DNA from: Armatimonadota bacterium
GTDB taxonomy: Bacteria; Armatimonadota; Fimbriimonadia; Fimbriimonadales; ATM1
DNA length: 38,891 nucleotides
Reading direction: 5' to 3'
Assembly (NCBI GenBank): GCA_040752255.1
Contig: JBFMFD010000001.1
Coordinates: forward strand, 1 to 38,891
Of the stretch, positions 1-8,025 are shown one piece after another (position 1 is the first letter of the stretch; every line of letters starts with the position of its first letter). The notes under the pieces are model-generated. The model was given only the letters and a program-made list of their open reading frames with translations, was not told where the DNA came from and did not search any database. A program made the position numbers and the translations under genes.

Positions 1-1183
1 CGACGAAGCGCTCAACTGTGGCTGCGCCGCCCGCGTTATCAACCGCGGTTAGCGTAACTGGAAAGGTGCCGACGCTGCGGTAGGTGAACTGGGCGCTCTC
101 TCCGTTCGCGCCGCCGTTCTCACCGAAGGTCCAATACCGCGCAATGAGTTGGCCATCCGGGTCGTGCGAGCCGGCGGATGAAGCGGATACCGTGAACGGC
201 ACGTCGCCTCGCTCGGTGGAGAGCGAGATGCTCGGAAGTGGCAGGCGGTTCGCGTCGCCCTCGAGGAACCTTCGCAAGAACGCATAGACGGCGGAGAGCG
301 GCGTTCCCGACATGAATTGGGTGCCACCGTGCCCGCCGCCCACGATCGGAATGAACACGCGGTAGACGCCGGCTCGCGAGAGGAGGGCGTTGTAGCGCTC
401 GCTCTGGTTGAACGGCACGACGACATCAGACGTTCCGTGCATCATCAGGACCGGCGGGTCTTCGGCAGAAACGTATGTGTCTGGGCTTGCGGAGCGCGCG
501 AGCGGCAAGTTGTCCCACACCAGGCGGCCGATGAGTTCCGTCAGCGGAGAGTTGTTCTCCGGGTCGGGGAACACGGACGGGAAATCCTCGAACGCGAGCA
601 GGTCCGCCGGGCCGAAGTAGTCCACGACTGCCTGCACGGCGCTGGACTCTTGCAGGTTCCCGCCGATGTCGCCTTCGAGGTCGAAGGTCTGGCCATCAAT
701 CTTAATCTGCTTCACCCCGCTTGTGGCTCCGAGGATGGCGGCGAGGTGCCCGCCAGCGGAACTGCCCCAGACTGCAACTCGGTTCTTGTCAATGCGGTAC
801 TGGGCACTTCGGCTTCGAAGGAAGCGAAGCGCGCCACGGCAGTCATGGATTTGCGCGGGCCAGGTTCCCTGCTGTGTGAGGCGGTAGTTGATGCTCCCCA
901 CGACATAGCCGCTGGCGCACAGGTTGGTTACGGCGGCGGGCGCGGGATACTTGTCGCCTGCTCGCCATGCCCCGCCGTGAATCCAAACGACTGTAGGTCG
1001 AAGCAACGCCGAGAAGAGGATGGAGTCCACCGGCTCATAGAGGTCCAGTTTCAGTTGATGGGTGTTGCCCTGCTGATCCCGCCAGGTGCCGTAGGTGATG
1101 TCGCGCGTCAGCCGGTACGGCTGGGCGATGACGGCTGCCGCGGCGGCGAGCAGAAGCGTGCAGAGAAGGACCCTTGCTGCCAT
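1..1183 (-). CDS. Secreted alpha/beta-hydrolase (esterase/lipase fold) with a C-terminal PKD-like domain; the 3' end runs off the left edge
   Basis: Absent from the ORF track because it has no stop inside the window. Hand translation of the minus strand from ATG 1183..1181 gives MAARVLLCTLLLAAAAAVIAQPYRL (signal peptide), VVWIHGGAWRAGDK (HGG oxyanion motif), VAVWGSSAGGHLAA (GxSxG nucleophile elbow), PPVLMMHGTSDVVVP and VGGGHGG. It continues with FTVSASSAGSHDPDGQLIARYWTFGENG...GTFPVTLTAVDNAGG, a PKD-type repeat. The listed + ORF 317..1354 is its antisense shadow. Confidence 0.85.
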   Translation of the reverse strand, partial: MAARVLLCTLLLAAAAAVIAQPYRLTRDITYGTWRDQQGNTHQLKLDLYEPVDSILFSALLRPTVVWIHGGAWRAGDKYPAPAAVTNLCASGYVVGSINYRLTQQGTWPAQIHDCRGALRFLRSRSAQYRIDKNRVAVWGSSAGGHLAAILGATSGVKQIKIDGQTFDLEGDIGGNLQESSAVQAVVDYFGPADLLAFEDFPSVFPDPENNSPLTELIGRLVWDNLPLARSASPDTYVSAEDPPVLMMHGTSDVVVPFNQSERYNALLSRAGVYRVFIPIVGGGHGGTQFMSGTPLSAVYAFLRRFLEGDANRLPLPSISLSTERGDVPFTVSASSAGSHDPDGQLIARYWTFGENGGANGESAQFTYRSVGTFPVTLTAVDNAGGAATVERFV

Positions 1184-1189
1184 GGGTGG

Positions 1190-1195
1190 AGTGTA
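1190..1195 (-). promoter_or_regulatory. -10-like hexamer TACACT, 6 nt upstream of the esterase ATG (possible leaderless start)
   Basis: The minus strand reads TACACT-CCACCC-ATG. There is no Shine-Dalgarno sequence between them. Confidence 0.3.
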
Positions 1196-1325
1196 TCTGT
1201 TCTGTCAGCGGGCCGTCGAGTCCGGGCCGAAGCGCCCCCGCGAAGGCAGTGGGGCGGGCGGGTTTCGGCTCGAGGGCGCGGGTGTAGCATCGGGGGCGCG
1301 CGCTGTCGGCGCAGTCGCCCGAGGA

Positions 1326-1418
1326 TAGGCTTTTCCGGGCAAGCGGCAAGCTAAAGCGCTCCGCCGCCTATCCTTTGCACCCCCGGCTCGCGGGGACGCT
1401 CGCCCTCCCTGTTGCAAC
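1326..1418. repeat. Intergenic repeat, copy A (about 93 nt)
   Basis: The segments taggcTTTTccgggcaagcg ... gcctatcctttgcacccc ... cgccctccctgttgcaac recur at 1480..1585. Copy A contains the inverted pair ggataggc/gcctatcc and a CCCCG/CGGGG hairpin. Confidence 0.7.
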
Positions 1419-1479
1419 GCGGGCGCGGGGGTGTCGGCATCCTGTCCAGAAAAGAGGCAGCAGGCGGGTCGCACGAGGT

Positions 1480-1585
1480 TAGGCTCTCCGGGCAAGCGCC
1501 ACGCGGGAGCGCTCCGTCGCCTATCCTTTGCACCCCCTCCTGGCCTCCCCCGCAAGCGGGGGAGGGGATCGCCCTGTGTCGCAAC
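1480..1585. repeat. Intergenic repeat, copy B (about 106 nt)
   Basis: taggctctccgggcaagcg ... GGAGCGCTCC (10-bp palindrome) ... gcctatcctttgcacccc ... CCTCCCCC-GCAAGC-GGGGGAGG hairpin ... cgccctgtgtcgcaac. It is collinear with copy A. Confidence 0.7.
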
Positions 1586-1683
1586 TCCTGCTCGCCTCCC
1601 GGCTCAGGACGCTTCCACGGCAAGCTGTAGAGGGATAAGGGATGTGAGATGGAGCTTGGGGCGCACGCCGGGAGCGCAGGCGA

Positions 1684-2712
1684 CTACTGCAGGTCGGCGT
1701 GGTGCTCGCCGCGGAGGGCGCCCCAGACGGCGCGAGCGCGGAGGGCAAGGCGGGCGAACGAATCGAAGTCGAGCGTTTGAGCACCGTCCTTCACCGATGA
1801 CTCTGGGTCAGGGTGCACCTCGACCATCAGGCCGACCGCACCCGCCGCAACGGCCGCCAGGGCGAGCGGCTCGACGAAGCGCCGCACTCCGGCGGCGTGG
1901 CTCGGGTCGGCGAGAATGGGAAGGTGCGTACGCGTGCGCGCGGCGGCGATACCCGAGACGTCGAGGCTGGCGCGCGTGAGAGGGTCGAACGACCGGATTC
2001 CTCTCTCGCAGAGAATGATTCGCTCGCTGCCCGCGACGGCGATGTGCTCGGCCGCGTTGAGCCACTCGTCGAGCGTCGCGCCGAAGCCGCGCTTGAGCAA
2101 AACGGGCGCTCGTGAGCGTCCGACCTCGCGCAGCAGGTCGAAGTTCTGCATGTTTCGCGCACCGACCTGCAAGATGTCTGCAACTTGGGTGACGCGCTCA
2201 ACCTGTGCGGGCGACATCACTTCGGTGACGACGCCGATGTCCATCTCCTCGCGCACGGCGGCGAGCGCCTGCAGCGCCTCCTCCCCGCCGCCCTGGTAGC
2301 TGTAGGGCGACGTGGTTGGCTTGAACGCACCGCCGCGAAGGAACTGCGCGCCTGCGCCGCGTGCGACCTGCGCGGTTTGCAGCAGCGCCTCATACGTTTC
2401 GACGGTGCACGGCCCGGCGATGAGCGCGAGGTCGTCTCCACCGAAGCGAAAGCCCCTGACGGCGACGGGCCTCATGGCGACGCCGCCGACCCTGGGGATC
2501 AGCGTCTCCAATCCACGCACGTCGGCAACCCATTCATTGGCCTTCACCTGGCTTGTCAAGTCGAGCGGAGGCGTTTGCCAGTGTCTGTCGGCAATGAGCA
2601 TGACTACTCGCCCGGCGAACACCTCTGCGACGTCGCATCCCTCGGTGAGGAGGAGTGTTCTGATTCGCTCGACCGCCTCTCGCGGCGCGCCGGGAAGAAA
2701 CTCGACGATCAT
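1684..2712 (-). CDS. aroF: 3-deoxy-7-phosphoheptulonate (DAHP) synthase, type I-beta, with an N-terminal regulatory (ferredoxin/ACT-like) extension
   Basis: 342-aa ORF. The core reads LIAGPCTVE, FLRGGAFKPTTSPYSYQGGG, ILQVGARNMQNF, PVLLKRG, ILCERGIRSF, LPILADPSHAAG and LMVEVHPDP, as in the KDO8P/DAHP synthase I-beta family. About 95 extra N-terminal residues resemble the Thermotoga-type allosteric domain. Its start overlaps the hisC stop (ATGA at 2709..2712). Confidence 0.9.
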   Translation of the reverse strand: MIVEFLPGAPREAVERIRTLLLTEGCDVAEVFAGRVVMLIADRHWQTPPLDLTSQVKANEWVADVRGLETLIPRVGGVAMRPVAVRGFRFGGDDLALIAGPCTVETYEALLQTAQVARGAGAQFLRGGAFKPTTSPYSYQGGGEEALQALAAVREEMDIGVVTEVMSPAQVERVTQVADILQVGARNMQNFDLLREVGRSRAPVLLKRGFGATLDEWLNAAEHIAVAGSERIILCERGIRSFDPLTRASLDVSGIAAARTRTHLPILADPSHAAGVRRFVEPLALAAVAAGAVGLMVEVHPDPESSVKDGAQTLDFDSFARLALRARAVWGALRGEHHADLQ

Positions 2713-3815
2713 TCTCTTGGCAGGCTCTCCATCACTTCTTTCAGCGCGGCTTCAAAGATGCTCAACTCCTCGTCGGTGCCGACGCTCACGCGAACGCAGT
2801 CGGCGCAGTCGAACACGTCGCCGGAGCGGATGATGACACCTTTGGCGAGGAGCCTGCCGCACAGCGCGCCCGTGGGAAAGGGGAACCGGGCCCAAACGAA
2901 GTTGGCGTAACTCTTCGCGACGGTCGCGCCGGCCGCGGCGAGGATGTCGGTCAGCCGCGCGATGCCGCGTCGATTCTGCTCGATGCTCCTTTGCAGGTGC
3001 TCTTCGTCACTCAGAGCGGCGACGGCGGCGGCTTGCGCCAGGGAGTTCACGTTGAACGGCTCGCGCACTCTCTCGACTGCCTGCACCCACTCGGGCGGGG
3101 CGAAGAGGTAACCGACGCGAAGGCCGGCAAGCCCGTACGTCTTGCTCAACGTGCGCAATCCGATGACCTGTCTGCCCTCGTGGAGGAGTTGGTGCGCGCC
3201 GACATAGTTGGGGCTGTCGCAGAACTCGTGGTACGCCTCATCGAGCACGACGACCGCCCTCTCGGACACGGCATCGAGAAAGCGGCGGAGGCGATCTGCG
3301 GAAACGATCGTGCCGGTTGGATTGTTGGGGTTGGCGATGAAGAGGAGCCGCGTTCGGTCATCTACCGCCGCCGCCATCGCGTCGAGGTCGTGCGCGTCGG
3401 TTTCATCCAACGGGATGAGCCGCAACTCCGCGTCCGCGAGGTGCGCGGTGGCGTAGTAGCGGACGAAGGAAGGGTGGGCCGCAACAACGTTGTCGCCACG
3501 CTCGAGGAACGCTACGCCGAGGTAGTGGATCAGCTCGTCGCTTCCGTTGCCGACGGAGATCTGCTCTGCTGGAAGGCCGATGTGGCTGCTGAGCGCGAGG
3601 CGGAGGTCGGCTGCCGCCGCGTCGGGATACAGATGAGCGCGCTCCGCGGCGGCTCGAATCGCCTGGACGGCGTGGGGCGAGGGGCCGAGCGGGTTCTCGT
3701 TGCTGGCGAGTTTGACAATCCGCTGGAGTCCGAACTCCCGCTGCACCTCCTCGATCGGCTTGCCCGGCGAATAGGGCTGCAGGCGCTCGAGGTTCGGTCG
3801 CGGGGAGGTCGGCAT
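2709..3815 (-). CDS. hisC: Histidinol-phosphate / aromatic aminotransferase (class II PLP enzyme)
   Basis: ORF 2709..3887. It contains LASNENPLGPSP, YPD, GNGSDELI, NPNNPTG, VVLDEAY and RTLSKTYGLAGLRVGY (PLP lysine motif). The ATG at 3815 (MPTSPRPNLERLQPYSPGKP) is preferred over the ORF-track start at 3887, because homologs start just before the L..Y.PGK motif and a -10-like box sits 7 nt upstream. Confidence 0.88.
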   Translation of the reverse strand: MPTSPRPNLERLQPYSPGKPIEEVQREFGLQRIVKLASNENPLGPSPHAVQAIRAAAERAHLYPDAAAADLRLALSSHIGLPAEQISVGNGSDELIHYLGVAFLERGDNVVAAHPSFVRYYATAHLADAELRLIPLDETDAHDLDAMAAAVDDRTRLLFIANPNNPTGTIVSADRLRRFLDAVSERAVVVLDEAYHEFCDSPNYVGAHQLLHEGRQVIGLRTLSKTYGLAGLRVGYLFAPPEWVQAVERVREPFNVNSLAQAAAVAALSDEEHLQRSIEQNRRGIARLTDILAAAGATVAKSYANFVWARFPFPTGALCGRLLAKGVIIRSGDVFDCADCVRVSVGTDEELSIFEAALKEVMESLPRE

Positions 3816-3822
3816 GCGGGTG

Positions 3823-3828
3823 ATTTTG
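3823..3828 (-). promoter_or_regulatory. -10-like hexamer CAAAAT, 7 nt upstream of the hisC ATG 3815
   Basis: The minus strand reads GCGC-CAAAAT-CACCCGC-ATG, with no SD. Confidence 0.3.
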
Positions 3829-3926
3829 GCGCATGGGGGTGCCTGGGAGAAGGGTTCGCCCAGCCGCGTCGAAGAGGTGGGAGGCATCAGTTTCCGGCAA
3901 TCGTGCTTGGGTTTGGGGGCTGAGAA

Positions 3927-3934
3927 GCCGACAA
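3927..3934 (+). promoter_or_regulatory. Weak sigma28 (FliA)-like -10 element GCCGACAA upstream of fliK
   Basis: GCCGACAA resembles the GCCGATAA consensus and lies 40 nt upstream of the fliK ATG. The TAAA -35 element is not found at the expected spacing. Confidence 0.2.
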
Positions 3935-3973
3935 TTCAGCCGGGAACGAATCCTTTCCAAGGAGGTGCAAACC

Positions 3974-5674
3974 ATGCAAGTCAACCTTGCAGCCACTGCT
4001 CTGAGCGCCCTGGGGCTGGAAGCCATCGTGGGCGGGAAGAGCGAAGAGGCGTCTGACGTCGCCTTTGCCTCCCAGACGGAGGCGGCGGCGACAGCGCCGA
4101 CACAGAAGGACCTAACGACGGTGGACGAGGCGCTGGCTTCGGCGCTCGCTCGCGCATTCAACGGCGCGCCCGAGACCGAGGCGAAGACGCAACCCTCGAA
4201 CACCCAGGCAGGGGCGGATGCCGACACGGCTGCCGCACCTATTCTTACAACCGCGGCGGAGACGATGACCGACGGCACGGAGGCGGCGAACACCAAGACG
4301 CCCGCGCTGTTTGCTACGGCCATCGGCGATGTCGCTCTGACTCAGGAGTCGGACCTGGCGAGCCTTGGCACGACTGCTGCCGGCACGCCGGTGGCGCTCG
4401 AGGCGCAGGAGACTTCAGTTGCGGGCGCCTCGACCGTGCCCCCGCACACAGACCCGGAGGTGGACTCGCCGCTTCCCGCCTTCGTTCCGGCGGAGGAGAG
4501 CGAGGCAGCCAACGGACACAGGTCGTCTGCCGCGCCTGAGACCGAGGCGGCATCGGCGTCGGCGAAGCCGAATCCGGATTCTGCGACAGCGCCTGTGGCG
4601 ACGGTGCGCGAGCGCGCGTCCTCGGAAGCAGCGAACGCGCCTGAAACGACCGCTCGACCGCTGCCTCCTCGCCTGGAGAGCATGTTGAGTCGCATGCCGA
4701 CCGAACTGCGCGAGGCGATCACCTCGGTGCGCGAGATGGCGCACACGATGTTGAGTCGTGGAGCGCGGGTCGGAGAGGTTGTCTCGGCGATTCGCGCCGC
4801 GGTCGCCGCGGCTGTGCGCGAGAGCGCGCATCCCGGAATCGCGACGCATGTTCGCGCGAGCACCGGCGCCCTGATCGCGGACGTTGTGGCGCAGTTCCGT
4901 CGCGGAGGGATCGTGCGCGAGCCGATGACCTCGGTTGCGGAGGTGTCCACAAGCGCGGAGGCAACGCGGACCGCTGACATCACCAACGGCGATCTCCCGA
5001 TCGCACCGGAGACCGAAGCGTCGTTCGCCGACTCTCCGCTTCTCTCGAAGGGCGGCGAGCGAACCACGACGGACGTCGCCACCATCTTCCAGCGGGAGAC
5101 CTCGCAGGCGACCGTCACCGTCCAACCGACAAAGACAACGGTTGCTGAGGAGCCGAACGGCGAGGTGCCCACGGATGCGAAGGGGACACCCGTCGGCGCT
5201 CCGATGACGGCCGCGCAGTCGTCCGACGGCACGACCATCGCGCAGCGAGCGACCGAGGCGCGTTTCGCTCCCGTCATCCAGAAGGTGACGGAGCAGATCG
5301 CGGATCTCGTGTCTTCCGCGAGGAAGTCGCTGACGCTTCGCCTCGACCCGCCTGACTTGGGGTCGGTGGACATCACAATCCACTCCCGCGGCTCGAAGAT
5401 CGAAGCGCACGTGTTGGCTTCGAATGCCGACGTTCGATCGGCGCTGCAGGTGAACCGCAACGCGCTCACCGAAGCGCTCGCACAGCACGGGCTTGAGTTG
5501 AGCAGCCTTTTGGTCGGAGACGACCGGAGCGGCTCATCGGCTCACCGCTTCACGGAAGCGGCGAATCAAGCCCCGGCTTATCGCTTCGAGTCGGAGTCTG
5601 CGGTTGCGGAGGCAGTCGCTCGGTCGGCTGCTCGCTGGAACTGGGCCTCGACGGCGCTGGACCTGAAGGTTTAG
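3974..5674 (+). CDS. fliK: Flagellar hook-length control protein FliK
   Basis: ATG 3974 is preceded by GGAGGT with a 7-nt spacer (3961..3966). The N-terminal two-thirds are low-complexity and rich in Ala/Thr/Glu/Pro. The C-terminus LTLRLDPPDLGSVDITIHSRGSKIEAHVLASNADVRSALQVNRNALTEALAQHGLEL is the Flg_hook domain. The track ORF start at 3833 is an upstream extension. Confidence 0.85.
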   Translation: MQVNLAATALSALGLEAIVGGKSEEASDVAFASQTEAAATAPTQKDLTTVDEALASALARAFNGAPETEAKTQPSNTQAGADADTAAAPILTTAAETMTDGTEAANTKTPALFATAIGDVALTQESDLASLGTTAAGTPVALEAQETSVAGASTVPPHTDPEVDSPLPAFVPAEESEAANGHRSSAAPETEAASASAKPNPDSATAPVATVRERASSEAANAPETTARPLPPRLESMLSRMPTELREAITSVREMAHTMLSRGARVGEVVSAIRAAVAAAVRESAHPGIATHVRASTGALIADVVAQFRRGGIVREPMTSVAEVSTSAEATRTADITNGDLPIAPETEASFADSPLLSKGGERTTTDVATIFQRETSQATVTVQPTKTTVAEEPNGEVPTDAKGTPVGAPMTAAQSSDGTTIAQRATEARFAPVIQKVTEQIADLVSSARKSLTLRLDPPDLGSVDITIHSRGSKIEAHVLASNADVRSALQVNRNALTEALAQHGLELSSLLVGDDRSGSSAHRFTEAANQAPAYRFESESAVAEAVARSAARWNWASTALDLKV

Positions 5675-5683
5675 GAGGAACGG

Positions 5684-6088
5684 ATGGAGATACCGGGCGC
5701 ACGCAACGACTACATCCTTCCGACGCCACCGCCGCCGAGGGACACGTTCCTCGACCAAAGCGCGTTCCTGCGCCTGCTGACGGTTCAGTTGGCGACGCAG
5801 GATCCGCTGCAGCCGATGAACGACCGTGACTTCTTCGCGCAGTTGGCTCAGATGGGGATGGTGCAGGGGCTGGACCGCCTACAGCGGAACCTCTCGCTGA
5901 CCCAGGGCGCGGCGCTCATCGGGAAGAGGGTCGAGGTTTCGGCGCCGACTACCGATGATATCAACGGCGGCAGAGTGTTCGGCGTTGTCGAATCGGTGGT
6001 CGTGGACAACAACCGCGTGTTCGTGGTTGTGAACGGCGGCCGCTACCCGATGGAGGACATCGTGACGATTCTGCCGGAGGCGCCATGA
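5684..6088 (+). CDS. flgD: Flagellar hook assembly/capping protein FlgD
   Basis: An AGGAGG RBS lies 5 nt upstream. The motif DQSAFLRLLTVQLATQDPLQPMNDRDFFAQLAQMGMVQGL is the FlgD N-terminal signature. Confidence 0.9.
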   Translation: MEIPGARNDYILPTPPPPRDTFLDQSAFLRLLTVQLATQDPLQPMNDRDFFAQLAQMGMVQGLDRLQRNLSLTQGAALIGKRVEVSAPTTDDINGGRVFGVVESVVVDNNRVFVVVNGGRYPMEDIVTILPEAP

Positions 6089-6462
6089 GCGATCCGATTG
6101 TGAATCCGCGAGTTCATGAACTGCTTCAGGGGACGACCGTCGCCCCGCAGCAGCGCAGAGACACACGCGCGGCGGAGAGGCCCTTCGCCAAAGTCCTTGA
6201 GGAACAACAGGGCTTGCGGCTTTCCGGGCACGCGGAGACGCGTCTTCGGAGCCGCGGTATCGAGTTGAACGGCGAGGACTGGGCGCGCATCCGCGAAGGC
6301 GTGGACCGCGCCGCAAGCAAGGGGAGTCGGGAAAGCCTGATTCTTGTGAACGACGTTGCACTCGTCGTCAGCGTGAAGAACCGAACGGTTATCACGGCTG
6401 TGGCGAAGGAGCAACTGAGGGAGAACGTGTTTACGAACATTGACAGCGCAGTCATTCTGTAG
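6085..6462 (+). CDS. Small flagellar operon protein (TIGR02530 / flg_new-like)
   Basis: 125 aa, with an ATGA overlap to the flgD stop. Its position between flgD and flgE matches the arrangement in Firmicutes, Thermotogae and spirochaetes. The middle reads LSGHAETRLRSRGIELNGEDWARI...LVVSVKNRTVITAV. Confidence 0.65.
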   Translation: MSDPIVNPRVHELLQGTTVAPQQRRDTRAAERPFAKVLEEQQGLRLSGHAETRLRSRGIELNGEDWARIREGVDRAASKGSRESLILVNDVALVVSVKNRTVITAVAKEQLRENVFTNIDSAVIL

Positions 6463-6571
6463 GGAGCCGGACCCGCGCCTGCGTACCGCAGCCGGGAGGC
6501 ACCTCGGATACCGACAGTGAAGACGATGCTGTCGCTGACAACCAAACTACAACCATGGAGGTGCAATCAGA

Positions 6572-7852
6572 ATGCTTCAGGCATTGCTCGCTGGCGTAGC
6601 CAGCATCCGCGCGCAACAGACGCGCATGAACGTCATCAGTAACAACCTGGCGAACGTCAACACGACGGCATTCAAGGGAAGCCGCGTTACGTTCCAGGAG
6701 ATCGTCGCCCAAACGATTCGCGGCGCGAGCCGCCCGCAGACGGGAAGCATCGGCGGTACCAACCCGGTGCAGTACGGTCTGGGCGTGGCGGTCGCGGGCA
6801 CGGACGTGAACCTGGACCAAGGTTCGCTACAATCAACGAACCGACAGACGGACCTTGCGATTCAGGGAACGGGCATGTTCCTCGTCTCAAACGGCGAGCG
6901 AGTTGCATACACCCGCGACGGGTCGTTCGATCTCGACGCGGAAGGTTCGCTCGTTATGCGCAGCACCGGCGAGAAGTTGCTCGGATGGCCGGCGGACCTG
7001 AACGGCGACATTGACACCGGCACACCGATTGACGCGGCAAGCTCAATTCGCATCCCGATCGGCTCGCTGAACGCCGTGCAGGCAACCACACGCGCCACGT
7101 TCGCGGGCAACCTCAATTCGGAAGCGGGACCCGGCGAAATCTGGCAGACGCGCTTCCGCGTGTACGACACGCTCGGAACGTCGCACGACATCGACATCGA
7201 GTTCAACAACCACGTCGTCAATCCGCCGATTCCACCGGCTCCTCCTGGAACCGTTGCGAGTTGGGATTGGGTGGCGTTGGAGAACGGTAACCCCGTCGGC
7301 GGCTCTGCAACCACGGGCGAGCCGCTGTACTTCGATGCGGATGGCAACCTCATCAATGTGGGCGCGACGCAGAACCTCGACATCCCGGGTTCGGGAGGGT
7401 CGCCAAACTTCTTGGTTGGGGTGAACTTCGACTCAATCACCCAGTTGGCGACCGACAGCCAAGTGCAGCTGGCAAGTCAGAACGGCTTCCCGCCCGGCTC
7501 CTTGGCAAACTTCACGATCGGCGTTGACGGAACGATCACCGGGTTGTTCACGAACGGCCTGACCAGGGCGCTCGCGAGGATCGCGATGGCGATCTTCCCC
7601 AACCCGGCCGGTCTGGAGCGCATCGGGAACAACCTGTGGCGAACCACCGACAACTCGGGAACCGCCACGATCGGCTCGCCTCGTTCGGGCGGCCGAGGCG
7701 GCATCACCGCGGGCTTCCTCGAGCAATCGAACGTGGACATCGGCAACGAGTTCACCGAACTCATCGTGACGCAGCGCGGGTTCCAAGCGAACACTCGAAT
7801 CGTCACTACGGTTGACGAGATGCTGCAGGACCTTATGAACATGAAGCGGTAA
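6572..7852 (+). CDS. flgE: Flagellar hook protein FlgE
   Basis: A GGAGGT RBS lies 9 nt upstream. The N-terminus LLAGVASIRAQQTRMNVISNNLANVNTTAFKGSRVTFQE and the C-terminus GFLEQSNVDIGNEFTELIVTQRGFQANTRIVTTVDEMLQDL are the conserved rod/hook terminal segments. Confidence 0.95.
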   Translation: MLQALLAGVASIRAQQTRMNVISNNLANVNTTAFKGSRVTFQEIVAQTIRGASRPQTGSIGGTNPVQYGLGVAVAGTDVNLDQGSLQSTNRQTDLAIQGTGMFLVSNGERVAYTRDGSFDLDAEGSLVMRSTGEKLLGWPADLNGDIDTGTPIDAASSIRIPIGSLNAVQATTRATFAGNLNSEAGPGEIWQTRFRVYDTLGTSHDIDIEFNNHVVNPPIPPAPPGTVASWDWVALENGNPVGGSATTGEPLYFDADGNLINVGATQNLDIPGSGGSPNFLVGVNFDSITQLATDSQVQLASQNGFPPGSLANFTIGVDGTITGLFTNGLTRALARIAMAIFPNPAGLERIGNNLWRTTDNSGTATIGSPRSGGRGGITAGFLEQSNVDIGNEFTELIVTQRGFQANTRIVTTVDEMLQDLMNMKR

Positions 7853-7875
7853 CTGCCTCGCTGAACCGCTCGCTC

Positions 7876-7911
7876 GGCCTCCCGCCTGCCCGGCGGGGGG
7901 CCATTGTTTTT
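7876..7911 (+). terminator. Rho-independent terminator closing the fliK-flgE module
   Basis: GGCCTCCCGCC-TGCCC-GGCGGGGGGCC forms an 11-bp stem with one G-U pair. It is followed by ATTGTTTTTG. Confidence 0.8.
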
Positions 7912-8025
7912 GCGAGATACTCCTCTCACAAGTGATGGTTCTTGGTCGGCTCGGAGCAGTTTTCGGCGAGCCCGCCCCATTTCCGCACGGCGTATGCCAC
8001 ACTAAGGGCGAAAGGAGGCAGAAGA

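Noticed and set aside
317-1354. Long + strand ORF (345 aa) at the left edge
   Set aside because: It is the antisense shadow of the clearly recognisable minus-strand alpha/beta-hydrolase (HGG, GxSxG and PKD motifs). Its composition is rich in Arg/Ala/Gly/Val and has no motif.
3888-3973. Sigma54 promoter (GG-N10-GC) upstream of fliK
   Set aside because: The CGGCAATCGTGCTTGG segment does not place GG and GC at the required spacing.
7942-8025. 5' extensions of track ORFs: 7942, 8550, 9688, 10888, 12525, 16426, 24898, 32895, 3833 and 3887, plus 37122 and 38147 on the minus strand
   Set aside because: Internal starts fit better. They show an SD at correct spacing, an ATGA coupling or a -10 box, together with signal-peptide or family N-terminus consensus. 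The extensions overlap neighbouring genes or are Arg-rich junk.
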